This document shows, in pieces, positions 7,624-16,602 of a stretch of DNA of 64,000 bases (the first letter of the stretch is position 1; each line of letters starts with the position of its first letter). The notes beneath the pieces were generated by a model, which saw only the letters and a list, made by a program, of their open reading frames with translations, did not search any database and was not told where the DNA came from. Origin of the DNA: Methanobacteriota archaeon (lineage in GTDB: Archaea > Thermoplasmatota > E2 > DHVEG-1); the NCBI GenBank assembly GCA_963769885.1, contig CAVYNH010000006.1, positions 672,001-736,000 of the forward strand, in the 5' to 3' direction. The position numbers and the translations under genes were made by a program.

Positions 7624-8988
7624 ATGAAAAAAAGAATAATTCTCATTTCAATTATTTCTATTTCACTTTTCTTGAATATTTTATTTTCCGGTTGTCTACA
7701 AAACAATACTATAACTACCGAAAATAATGGACAAAATTCAAAAAATGCTAATCAAGATAGACAAGAACAACCAGAGCCACAACAAACATACAAAGATTCA
7801 GACAGAGATGGTTATTACGATTACCAGGATAGTTTTCCAAATGACCCATCTGAATGGAAAGACAGCGATCATGATGGTGTCGGAGATAATTCAGATAAGT
7901 ATCCCTACGATTATGATAATGATGGATATGCAGACTCAGTTGATATCAAGAAAAACGGTGATGCTGCCATCAAAATATCCTTAAAAAAATTCAATGTCGA
8001 GGACGAATTGGATTTTCTTTTTGTGAGTGTTGAAGTTTATTTTGAGATATACATTAACGGAAGAATGGAAGCAAGAATCGACGATAATGGCGAATCATGG
8101 CATGCAACTGTTGGAGAAACATATTCAATAGGAGAAAGCGTCATCTATAACATAGATGATGACCAGAGGTACACGAATGTTAGAATCATCATGTGGGATG
8201 ACGATTACCTACTAGAAAATGATCCAATTGATATTGATGGAACCGGTACTGATGCAAAAGCATTAGACATCGTTTTTGACGCAATTACAGGTACTTGGAC
8301 AGGGGATGATAATGACGGCTTTACAGATGGTAGTGATGATGGAAGTGCAAATTATGATGACGACGATGGTAGTTTGTGGTATAGTCTTCAATTAGTTGAG
8401 GCTCAATATAACAAAATCTATCATTGGACATTTGATTGGAATCAATGGGAGTTACGCATTAATATTCCACCTACCAGCTATGCCTATTACAGACATTCAA
8501 ACGTCGATAGATCTCCTATTTTACCATCACAGATGGCTGCCTTTGTCACTTCTGATGATTCCATTATTAAAGACATCGCCCAACGATTACAGTCACATTG
8601 CAACGAAGCTGGGTATAGTTCATCTAAAACGGTTAATTTCATATTGAGTTTTGTTCAAAGTTTAGAATACACTTATGATAATGCTTCTACACCAGCAAAT
8701 GATTATTGGCGTTTTCCCGTGGAGACATTAATGGATGAAACTGGAGATTGCGAAGATACCTCCGTTCTCTTCGCTGCTATTATGGAAGCAGTTGGATTTG
8801 ATGCTGTTTTAATACATCTACCAGGCCATCTAGCAGTTGGAATATCATGTAATGAGGGATCTGGTTCGTATTATGATTACAATGGAAAATCGTATTATTA
8901 TTGCGAAACAACTGGCACAGGGTGGAATATGGGAAATATTCCATCTAATTTTGAGGAGCAATCAGCAAATATTATAGATGTTGATTAA
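7624..8988 (+). CDS. Lipoprotein with Ca-binding (TSP3-like) repeats and transglutaminase-like Cys-protease domain
   Basis: Lipobox FSGC; DSDRDGYYD...DSDHDGVGDNSD; GDCEDTSVL...GHLAVGI...YCETT. Confidence 0.8.
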   Translation: MKKRIILISIISISLFLNILFSGCLQNNTITTENNGQNSKNANQDRQEQPEPQQTYKDSDRDGYYDYQDSFPNDPSEWKDSDHDGVGDNSDKYPYDYDNDGYADSVDIKKNGDAAIKISLKKFNVEDELDFLFVSVEVYFEIYINGRMEARIDDNGESWHATVGETYSIGESVIYNIDDDQRYTNVRIIMWDDDYLLENDPIDIDGTGTDAKALDIVFDAITGTWTGDDNDGFTDGSDDGSANYDDDDGSLWYSLQLVEAQYNKIYHWTFDWNQWELRINIPPTSYAYYRHSNVDRSPILPSQMAAFVTSDDSIIKDIAQRLQSHCNEAGYSSSKTVNFILSFVQSLEYTYDNASTPANDYWRFPVETLMDETGDCEDTSVLFAAIMEAVGFDAVLIHLPGHLAVGISCNEGSGSYYDYNGKSYYYCETTGTGWNMGNIPSNFEEQSANIIDVD

Positions 8989-9029
8989 ATAATTTGAAGA
9001 AACTAATCCTTGGAGGAGTAATTGTCCTC

Positions 9030-9050
9030 TAGCAATTCCAATACCTGTTA
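9030..9050 (+). repeat. Island motif copy between convergent genes
   Basis: TAGCAATTCCAATACCTGTTA. Confidence 0.65.
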
Positions 9051-9085
9051 TTTTACCTTGAAAGCTCAGTATAGGAAAAGAAAAA

Positions 9086-10000
9086 CTACCACGTCCACGT
9101 GTAATCGTACGGTTGTGGTGCAGGGCGCCAGTCAATCCCGGACTTCAAGGGGAAGATGATGGTTGGAAGGCGATGCAGAAACGGGATATCGCTCCTCCAT
9201 CCGATCCAGTAGTAATTCTTGTGCCAGTAGGACGGCGCACCGCCGCGCGCGGGCACCAAGAAGTTATTCTCGATAATCTTGCTACCCGCACCGGCCCCGG
9301 AGAGGCTGATAGCAGTGGCACCGCACAAATCGCACGGCCAGGAGAAGTTGTTGTGTGCTACCAGCGTGTTCTGAGCACCGGCGGTGATCAGTAAATCGTA
9401 CCCGAAGTGGTTGTCGAAGTGATTCTGCCGAATGGTGTTGTCACAGCCCCCTGAAAGAAGAATTCCCGCTTCATACAACTCAATGAGTTCGAAATAGTTA
9501 TGAAAGATTGACGAATTAGCAACGTTGTTGAAAGTAATGGTACTCATGGTGGTGTAAAGGTCGCAATTCGAAATATTGACATCCGAAACGCCGTCAGCGA
9601 TGATGGCATAGGAGGTGATGATCTCGCCACCTTCGTACGTGATGCGAAAGCCATCTACTTTGACGGAATCGCGGATGATGTGAATGGCGGGCCGTTGCCA
9701 ATCGCATGCTTGCAGGGATACATCGTGGTGGTCTGCAATGAGCGAAATGGATTTGTTGACAACAACATTTTCCCAGTAGAAGGGTTCGTGACGGTACACG
9801 TACACGGTGTCGCCATCAAGGGAGGCGTTGATCGCATCTTGAATGGCTGTGTAGTTCCCAGGGCCGCTCCCACCAACGTACAGTGTGGCCCCAGTGTACG
9901 TCGTGGGTGATGGTAGGGATGCTTCGTTCGCAAAGGCGAAGACAGGAGGCATCAAGGCGAGAACGCCGATCATTCCAAAGACTACTATTTTATTTCTCAT
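9086..10000 (-). CDS. Secreted parallel beta-helix (NosD-like) protein
   Basis: Signal peptide from ATG 10000 (MRNKIVVFG); YVGGSGPGNY; C-terminal IDWRPAPQPY. Confidence 0.85.
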   Translation of the reverse strand: MRNKIVVFGMIGVLALMPPVFAFANEASLPSPTTYTGATLYVGGSGPGNYTAIQDAINASLDGDTVYVYRHEPFYWENVVVNKSISLIADHHDVSLQACDWQRPAIHIIRDSVKVDGFRITYEGGEIITSYAIIADGVSDVNISNCDLYTTMSTITFNNVANSSIFHNYFELIELYEAGILLSGGCDNTIRQNHFDNHFGYDLLITAGAQNTLVAHNNFSWPCDLCGATAISLSGAGAGSKIIENNFLVPARGGAPSYWHKNYYWIGWRSDIPFLHRLPTIIFPLKSGIDWRPAPQPYDYTWTW

Positions 10001-10025
10001 GAATTTTCCTCCGTTATCGATCAAG

Positions 10026-11312
10026 TCAAATCGTGTACGGTTGTCGAGCAGGATGCCAGTCGACATTGACCCATGGAATATTGAAAGGAATGGATTGGAA
10101 GGGATTGAAATAGTAGTTGTAGGTGAAGCTTGTTCCAAGAATGACCTTTGGGAAGGCTCGAGGCATGGTCCAATAGTTATGCCACCACAAGGTCCGCGTG
10201 TACGCGAAGCGGGCGTTCCTGATATTGTGCATGAAGTTGTTTTCCTCGACGATGTTTGGTTTCAAGGCAAAGTAGTGCAGATTGTCCCCAGCAATTGAGA
10301 TGCCGAGGGCATTGTGTTCAATCGAGTTTCGTTCAATGGTATTTCGCTGGCAGGTGGCAAGCTTGATTCCGATGGAACAATTCGTAATGGAATTGTGGAT
10401 GACGGTGTTTGCATCTGACGAGAGGAGACTAATACCAACCGAGACGGTGGAGATATTGAGGTCGCGCACGGTCATATAATGACAGGAAATAAGGAAGAGT
10501 TGTCCAACATCATTGCTAGCATCGATGGTCTTGTTTGCTTCTCCATTTAACATCAGAAAAGACTTGCCGTTGACGTTATTTTTGCTAAAGGAATTATTGT
10601 ACGCATCCGTATCTTCGAGGTTGAACCCACACTGGATGCAGGTGTTTCCTTCAAAGGTGTTCATCCGGGAGTAGACAATGTTGATCCCTATCAACCCACC
10701 ATGGGAGATGATGGTGTTGTTGGCGATGACATCATCCTGATCGTAAATGACGTTGATGGCTGTACTTGCCTTTTCTTCCAGGATGAAGGTGTTTCCGATC
10801 ACCGTGCTATTCCGTTGACCACGGAAGTCGAGATTATTATCCCACTTGTTAAAGTCATCGTAGTACACGTACATCGTGTTATTGTCGAAATGGTTAAACG
10901 AGCCAGCATAGATTCCCATGGAATTCTTAACAATATTATTGTCAAGGGTGATACTGCTCCTCATGTTCGAATAGAAGAACCCATCAATCGTAAATCCCGT
11001 AATTCGAATCTTGTCCTCGAATACTCCAAAAGAACTAACTTCGGTCGTGGTTCTGTTCTCCCCGACGATGGTCAGTTGTTTGGTGATATCAGCCTCCCCG
11101 TACGGTGAACTATCGTCATAGACAAAGATGAAGTCCCCATCATATGCGTCACGAACTGCCGCATTGATCGTGGTATAGTTACCAGGTCCGCTGCCACCAA
11201 CGTACAAGATATTTTCTCTTCCGCCTTTTCTTTGTCCTAAGTCGCGCGCAGTAACGGAAACGCAAAAGCCAATAACAATGAAGATTGCACCAAGAATGAA
11301 CAGCTTGTTCAT
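10026..11312 (-). CDS. Secreted parallel beta-helix (NosD-like) protein
   Basis: Signal peptide; YVGGSGPGNY; Asn-ladder repeats; C-terminal VDWHPARQPY. Confidence 0.85.
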   Translation of the reverse strand: MNKLFILGAIFIVIGFCVSVTARDLGQRKGGRENILYVGGSGPGNYTTINAAVRDAYDGDFIFVYDDSSPYGEADITKQLTIVGENRTTTEVSSFGVFEDKIRITGFTIDGFFYSNMRSSITLDNNIVKNSMGIYAGSFNHFDNNTMYVYYDDFNKWDNNLDFRGQRNSTVIGNTFILEEKASTAINVIYDQDDVIANNTIISHGGLIGINIVYSRMNTFEGNTCIQCGFNLEDTDAYNNSFSKNNVNGKSFLMLNGEANKTIDASNDVGQLFLISCHYMTVRDLNISTVSVGISLLSSDANTVIHNSITNCSIGIKLATCQRNTIERNSIEHNALGISIAGDNLHYFALKPNIVEENNFMHNIRNARFAYTRTLWWHNYWTMPRAFPKVILGTSFTYNYYFNPFQSIPFNIPWVNVDWHPARQPYTI

Positions 11313-11372
11313 GAATTGCCTCCATATATAGTAAAAGTTATCAGTTATTTAAATATTCACATGAAAATCACA

Positions 11373-11490
11373 TAGCCTTGTTCTTACAGGGTATGAGATA
11401 TTCTTCAAGAAAAAGTGCTTTCTTTCCCCTAGCAATTCCACTGTAAGGTACTATAGTGTGAAAATCATCTAGCGATACTGCTATAAGATA
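11373..11490 (+). repeat. Three island motif copies between divergent genes
   Basis: TAGCCTTGTTCTTACAGGGTA (11373), TAGCAATTCCACTGTAAGGTA (11430), TAGCGATACTGCTATAAGATA (11470); first and third both preceded by TGAAAATCA. Confidence 0.65.
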
Positions 11491-11540
11491 AATCACACTT
11501 TTCTAATAAATTATAAATAGCTTCTATCCAATTTCTTTTC

Positions 11541-11927
11541 ATGGGTAGGATAGTCAAAGATATAATTGTCGATGGTAAAATTAGACAAGCGATCTTTGAT
11601 AGTGGTTCAGTCGTCAGTTACGTGACGGAAAAAGCTTTACCTGAATCAGCCGTTTGTATTAATGTATCCCCCATAACATCTCGAGTAGCGGGTTCCACTC
11701 ATCAACTAACAAAGCGCTGCTTCATCCCAAGCAAACTCGATGGAAAGGATTTCGATTTTGATGCATTTGTCATCGATAAACTCGGTAAAGTCCAAGAAAA
11801 AGGAGACGTAGATCTGGATTTTTTAATAGGCGCAGCAACGATGGAAGAATGGTCCATCAGTATAAATCCAAAGGAGCAAACTGTTGACCTTCGCGGATTG
11901 AAAAGACGAGAATTTCTCTCTTTCTAA
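11541..11927 (+). CDS. Retropepsin-like (clan AA) aspartic protease
   Basis: AIFDSGS catalytic motif and FLIG motif; single-domain, 128 aa. Confidence 0.8.
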   Translation: MGRIVKDIIVDGKIRQAIFDSGSVVSYVTEKALPESAVCINVSPITSRVAGSTHQLTKRCFIPSKLDGKDFDFDAFVIDKLGKVQEKGDVDLDFLIGAATMEEWSISINPKEQTVDLRGLKRREFLSF

Positions 11928-12021
11928 ATTTCAAATCTATTATCTTCCAAGAAAAGAAATCCTTCCGATGGAAATGGAAGAAAAAGACATAAAATTACAA
12001 TGAAATACTATTAAATTTCCA

Positions 12022-12042
12022 GATTAATTCCACTATGAGGTA
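12022..12042 (+). repeat. Terminal island motif copy adjacent to the DUF2207 stop codon
   Basis: GATTAATTCCACTATGAGGTA, 2 bp from the stop codon at 12045. Confidence 0.6.
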
Positions 12043-12044
12043 AG

Positions 12045-13805
12045 TTATCTTCCTCCTGCGCCGCCGCCGCCAAACCCTCCGCCGCCACCGAAGCCGCCCC
12101 CATGTCCTCCTGCACCGGATGCCGCAGAAGTCATGACGGCGCGATTGACGCCATAAAACGACGCGTAAAACACCGGGACGAACGTTACCTCAGGGACGTT
12201 GATATTGAGTTTCTTCATAACCTTTGCAAGTTCCTTGCCGACACCAAGAGTCGTCCCATAAACGAGCCATTCCTTCCACACCGACAGGTCCTCAAGCCGA
12301 TATTGCTCCAGGTGCACCATATCCGCAAGAAACCGCCGGAAGGAATCCCACTCCTGCCTCTCCTTATAGTAGTCGTCTTTCCATCGCCCAAAGAGCGTCG
12401 GGGACGCCGCAGTCGCAATCACGGCTTGGACCGATAATATGAGCGAGTACGCCATGGCCGCGAACAACAGGGGATACACGCCTCCAAAGATACCGAACAA
12501 GATCAACGTGAGGATAAAGGACAAAACACCTATGCCAATGAAGACGGCGGGCAGTCTCCGTCCGCTCGTCATGAATTCTTTAGACAGCCTCGTGTCGGCT
12601 TTTCTGGTCAAGTACCGCATCTCGCGCTGGAGTGTCATAATCTGGGGCTGATTGTGCATGCCGGTGATCTCCGCTTCGAGCGCCGCTGTGGAAAACACGT
12701 TGTTTTTAGCCCATTTCGAAAGAAAAGACACGGCCCTTTGTTCATACTCGTCCAAGCCCTCGGCATGGTTGTTGATATGAATTTTAATGGTGCTTTCGTC
12801 CTCCGTTTCGATGGTGATGATCTTTCGCTGATGGAGGTCAAGCAACGTCGCGTAGAACCCGTTTGGGTTATAATCCTCGGCGCTTTTCACGAAGACTAAG
12901 TTCACAATCCATGGTTTTCGTTTCGCTGGGACGACGTTCAAGAATGTGGGGACGACAGAGCTTTTCTCCCGGCCTTTGAGAACATAGAGGACGAGGAGAA
13001 TGACGACAAAACCAACGACGAGGACGAGGAGCAGGTCAGTAAAAACAGACACTGCTCCATTTGCGAGCGTGTAGGCATCGTTGGCCGATACCGTCTTTTG
13101 GTACACCCCTGGCACGGTCCGGTGATAACCATAGGATATGTTATGTGAAAGGATCTCGACTTCGAGGAGACTGTTGGCAGGGCTCGCCCCGGTGATGGTG
13201 TACGTCGAGCCTGACTTCACGAGGTTCATCTGAGGGCGGGTGTAGATCGTGACGATGTCTCCAGAGGGGTCGTCTACCGTGATCTCAACGGATTTGTAGG
13301 CAATGTGGGTCGCGGCGAGCTTCAGGTTCAGGTGGTCGTACTGACCGTCGGACTCTACCGGTGGGGCGATGGTGTAGTTGATGCGAAGCGTGTAGATGCC
13401 TTCGTTGAAATGATCGGGGTTGTAGCATCCGATCTCGGAGTCGAAGGCCTTCGAAGCTATATCGGGGGCGGAGCTGAGCCAGACCCGCCCCGTGTAATCC
13501 TTGATATATGGTGAGTATGGGCAGGTCACGTTTGTGACCTCGATGTAGGGCTGAGAGGATGTCTGTTGATACGTGACGTTGTCCTCCCAATATCGGTAGA
13601 GCATCGTGTATCTGCCGCTCGCCTTGACGTTGTACTGGAAGGTCTCCTGCAGCCTGCCGTCGGGAGAGAGCGTCGCCTTGTAGCTGTTGACGACGAGGTC
13701 GCCTTCAAGTGGGAGGGCGTTGACGATGAGGATGCCGATGCCGGCGACGAGGACGACGACAGCCAGGACGATCGTCAGCTGACGCGGTTCGTTCACTGGT
13801 TCCAC
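12045..13805 (-). CDS. DUF2207 family membrane protein
   Basis: TM segments, W..F..FL, WLVYG..LGV, Gly-rich C-terminus GGGFGGGGAGGR; coupled to lemA. Confidence 0.88.
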   Translation of the reverse strand: MEPVNEPRQLTIVLAVVVLVAGIGILIVNALPLEGDLVVNSYKATLSPDGRLQETFQYNVKASGRYTMLYRYWEDNVTYQQTSSQPYIEVTNVTCPYSPYIKDYTGRVWLSSAPDIASKAFDSEIGCYNPDHFNEGIYTLRINYTIAPPVESDGQYDHLNLKLAATHIAYKSVEITVDDPSGDIVTIYTRPQMNLVKSGSTYTITGASPANSLLEVEILSHNISYGYHRTVPGVYQKTVSANDAYTLANGAVSVFTDLLLVLVVGFVVILLVLYVLKGREKSSVVPTFLNVVPAKRKPWIVNLVFVKSAEDYNPNGFYATLLDLHQRKIITIETEDESTIKIHINNHAEGLDEYEQRAVSFLSKWAKNNVFSTAALEAEITGMHNQPQIMTLQREMRYLTRKADTRLSKEFMTSGRRLPAVFIGIGVLSFILTLILFGIFGGVYPLLFAAMAYSLILSVQAVIATAASPTLFGRWKDDYYKERQEWDSFRRFLADMVHLEQYRLEDLSVWKEWLVYGTTLGVGKELAKVMKKLNINVPEVTFVPVFYASFYGVNRAVMTSAASGAGGHGGGFGGGGGFGGGGAGGR

Positions 13806-14350
13806 CTCGTCTCTGGCTTGTGCTGTGATTCGTCCTCGAACTGCAGGTACTCAAGTTTTTTGAAGGAGAACAGTCGTGCGACGATGCTGGAGGGGAACGT
13901 CTCGGACCTGGTGTTGTAGTCCTGCACGATGTTGTTGTAGGTGTAGCGGAGCCTGGCGATCTCGTCTTCGACGTCCGTGATCGCGTGCATCAGTTGTGTG
14001 ACGTTCTCGGAGGCTTTCAGGTTCGGGTAGGCTTCGACGACGGCAGAGATCCGGTCGAGGAGCCCGCGCGAGCCTTGGTTAATCCGGGTGACGGTCTGCG
14101 TCGTCTCCGGCTGTTGGATGATGCTGCGGATCTCGGCGACTTTCTCGAAGACCCCGCGTTCGAATTTGGCATAGCTCTTGACGATATCGACCAATTGAGT
14201 GATCATGTCGAATCGTTTCTTCAACGCGACCGCGATCTGACTGAGCCCAGCGTCCGCGCCGTTTTTCAGGATCTGGAATTTGTTGTAGGCGAGAATGAAG
14301 AGAACGATGACCAGGACGAGGACAAGTGTACCGAGCAAGATGAGAAGCAT
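13793..14350 (-). CDS. lemA: LemA family protein
   Basis: N-terminal TM; SQI.VALKKRFD; EAYPNLKASEN; RY.YN..V..YN...FPS. Confidence 0.92.
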   Translation of the reverse strand: MLLILLGTLVLVLVIVLFILAYNKFQILKNGADAGLSQIAVALKKRFDMITQLVDIVKSYAKFERGVFEKVAEIRSIIQQPETTQTVTRINQGSRGLLDRISAVVEAYPNLKASENVTQLMHAITDVEDEIARLRYTYNNIVQDYNTRSETFPSSIVARLFSFKKLEYLQFEDESQHKPETRWNQ

Positions 14351-14441
14351 GAGGGGAGTAGTGGAAAAAAATATTTAAAGATACCTTCCCGTAGGAAGCG
14401 TAAACAAATAACTTTTCAGGGAATAGAGTTCCCCTGAGGCA

Positions 14442-15512
14442 TCACACCGTGGAGTACGCGTAGGGCTGCTGGGCGGGATGCCGGTCGACCTCAACACGCG
14501 GGAGATGCGGCAGATCGATTTTATGCCCATGCCAGAAGACGCTCCAGCCCCTGACGAGATACGGATGGTCCAACGACGCGTTCCAGTAGTTCGCATCCCA
14601 CGTCGTCGAGCCGAACGGCCGATAATACCTCAGGACATAGGACTCGTTGAAATACCGGGCCTCCCTCAGGTAGTTTAGCTCCCAGTACGGCAGTTTCGCG
14701 AACATCGCGTCCCGCGCGTTCCCCAGGAAATTGTTCCGCTCCACCCGATCGTCGCAGGAACAGTTGATCTCCAGGCCCAGGCTGTTTCCCTCAAACGTGT
14801 TCGTCGCGATCGTGTTGTTTACCCCGTAGGAGTCATGGATCCCTTCCCTGCTGTTGTTCCGGAAGGTGTTCAAGAGGACCCTATTGTGACAGCAGCCGTA
14901 GAGCACCATGCCGAAATCGTTGTCCTCGATGATGTTGCCCTCAAACGTCGAGTCGTTGCAGCGGTACTCGGTCATAATGCCGATGTAGGTGCGGCTGATG
15001 CGGTTGTCGAGAAGGCGGATGCGCTCCCGCTGGGTGACCGGAAGCCAGAAGACCTTGAGGTTGATGCCCATGTTCGCGTCGCTGACCGCCGTCTGGCTGA
15101 TGGTCACGTCGTCCGCGCAGACGATGATATTCTGGATCCCGTTCTTAACCGTAAAGTTGCGGATTTGGACGCCGTCGGCCAGGACCCAGATCAGGACCGC
15201 GATGGAGTGGTTCCCGTCAAGGACGGTCGTGTTCGTCGCCTCGCCGACCAGGCTGATGGACGTGTTGATGACCAGCGTCTCGTGATACGGGGTGGAGTCG
15301 TCATAGACGAACACCGTATCGCCATTGGCCGATGCGTTGATCGCGTCCTGAATCCTGGTATAGTTATCCGGTCCGCTGCCGCCGACATACCGGATTGTTC
15401 CCGTTTGGACCGGCGTGGGTGTCCAACGGCCTGGGATGGGTGCTGAGGCAGCCGTAAGCAGGCTGGAAAGAAGCAGTACGCATACAGAAAATATCACGGT
15501 TATCGTCTTCAT
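14442..15512 (-). CDS. Secreted parallel beta-helix (NosD-like) protein
   Basis: Signal peptide; YVGGSGPDNY; C-terminal VDRHPAQQPY. Confidence 0.85.
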   Translation of the reverse strand: MKTITVIFSVCVLLLSSLLTAASAPIPGRWTPTPVQTGTIRYVGGSGPDNYTRIQDAINASANGDTVFVYDDSTPYHETLVINTSISLVGEATNTTVLDGNHSIAVLIWVLADGVQIRNFTVKNGIQNIIVCADDVTISQTAVSDANMGINLKVFWLPVTQRERIRLLDNRISRTYIGIMTEYRCNDSTFEGNIIEDNDFGMVLYGCCHNRVLLNTFRNNSREGIHDSYGVNNTIATNTFEGNSLGLEINCSCDDRVERNNFLGNARDAMFAKLPYWELNYLREARYFNESYVLRYYRPFGSTTWDANYWNASLDHPYLVRGWSVFWHGHKIDLPHLPRVEVDRHPAQQPYAYSTV

Positions 15513-15642
15513 CGTTTCCTCCAAGGACAATAGAAGAGCCCTGGGTTATAAATAATTTGTTGCTCCGCCACCCCCGAATGAAAAGAATTTAATAATAGCC
15601 TGCTCTATTGGAGGGCTAGATTATCGTTTTTTGGAGGAAAAC

Positions 15643-15852
15643 ATGGCGAATATAGACAATCCATCCGCTGGAGGGAGAATAAAACGGAAAGGAAAAAAAG
15701 AAAAAAATAAGGAAAAATGCGAACGAGGACCGACAGAAGAAAATAAACGAACAAAAAAAGACGAGATCCTGGATGAGGAAGAAGACGAAGAAAACGAAGA
15801 AGAAGATGAATACGTAGACCATTATCAAAAGAGAAATGTCAAAGATGAATGA
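15643..15852 (+). CDS. Small charged low-complexity protein
   Basis: GGAGG RBS before ATG 15643; basic then acidic tracts. Confidence 0.45.
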   Translation: MANIDNPSAGGRIKRKGKKEKNKEKCERGPTEENKRTKKDEILDEEEDEENEEEDEYVDHYQKRNVKDE

Positions 15853-15881
15853 GTATAGCTATCTCATAGGAGGAAAAGAAT

Positions 15882-15986
15882 ATGCCGAGATGCCCGCAAT
15901 GCGAGAAATTTTTTAGAAGTAAAAAGGCGCTAGAAAAACATAATACAAAAGAACATACAAAGAAACTAAAGAGAAGAGTTTATTGA
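15882..15986 (+). CDS. C2H2 zinc-finger microprotein (34 aa)
   Basis: Not in the ORF track: MPRCPQCEKFFRSKKALEKHNTKEHTKKLKRRVY; AGGAGG RBS at 15868. Confidence 0.75.
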   Translation: MPRCPQCEKFFRSKKALEKHNTKEHTKKLKRRVY

Positions 15987-16285
15987 TAGAGCGGATTTTT
16001 TTTCAAGGATACGAGTCTGATTACTTCCAATTTTTTCCAGAGATTGTGAAACCATGTCTGTACCAGAGGATCGCAGGATAAATTCGTATTCCACGCCTCT
16101 TGAATTTCATTCGTGGTCGCTCCCAGGTTGAACGAATCTGAAAGACAAACCCTGCTCCATCTCTTCATATCCGCATCCACTTTATCAAAGCATTTTCCGC
16201 AGACCAAGAAGCGTACTCCAAGCGCAGGATGGCGATGCCCTTCTAGAATCCCTAATTTCTTCTCGCATTCTTCACAGTCGACCAT
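15980..16285 (-). CDS. Small CxxC-CxxC zinc-binding protein, copy 1
   Basis: CEEC...HPALG.RFLVCGKC; close paralog at 18622-18951. Confidence 0.75.
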   Translation of the reverse strand: MVDCEECEKKLGILEGHRHPALGVRFLVCGKCFDKVDADMKRWSRVCLSDSFNLGATTNEIQEAWNTNLSCDPLVQTWFHNLWKKLEVIRLVSLKKNPLYQ

Positions 16286-16520
16286 CGTAGTTGTTCTCCG
16301 TTCAAGAAAAGAGATGTGGACGATATAATCGTCCTTGATGTTTTTCTTTATCTCACTTTCTTCGTTTTCCCCAAAAACAATCGTTAAGTCATAGGCTCTG
16401 GAAATAAGGACCTGATTGCCGGTTGTTTTCTGTATTCGTTGTTCTTCGTTGTCTCACCGTCCTTTCCGATGTTTTCGGATGATAGTAGTATACACTAGAC
16501 CCTTTATATCATTGTGTAAG

Positions 16521-16561
16521 AAAGCATATAAATGTGTAAAATTAATGCATTTTTGTGTAAA
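16521..16561 (+). promoter_or_regulatory. Duplicated promoter/operator element, copy 1
   Basis: AAAGCATATAAATGTGTAAAATTAATGCATTTTTGTGTAAA; 34/41 identical to 18015-18055. Confidence 0.65.
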
Positions 16562-16602
16562 GAAATCGGGGGCGGTCAAACCCGGATTTTCAACAACCCC
16601 GT

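Larger units (their letters stand above)
430..12044. mobile_element. Accessory/genomic island with tyrosine recombinase and recurrent intergenic motif (left boundary uncertain, may extend off the window)
   Basis: Mostly AT-rich versus GC-rich genes from 12045 onward. Contains TA, HEPN, nuclease and recombinase genes plus repeated same-strand ~21-bp sites, the last abutting the stop codon of the DUF2207 gene. Confidence 0.7.

Noticed and set aside
4524-12044. Canonical integron (IntI plus attC)
   Set aside because: The recombinase shows no IntI-specific insertion, and no RYYYAAC...GTTRRRY attC hairpins were seen. It is reported instead as a non-canonical candidate.
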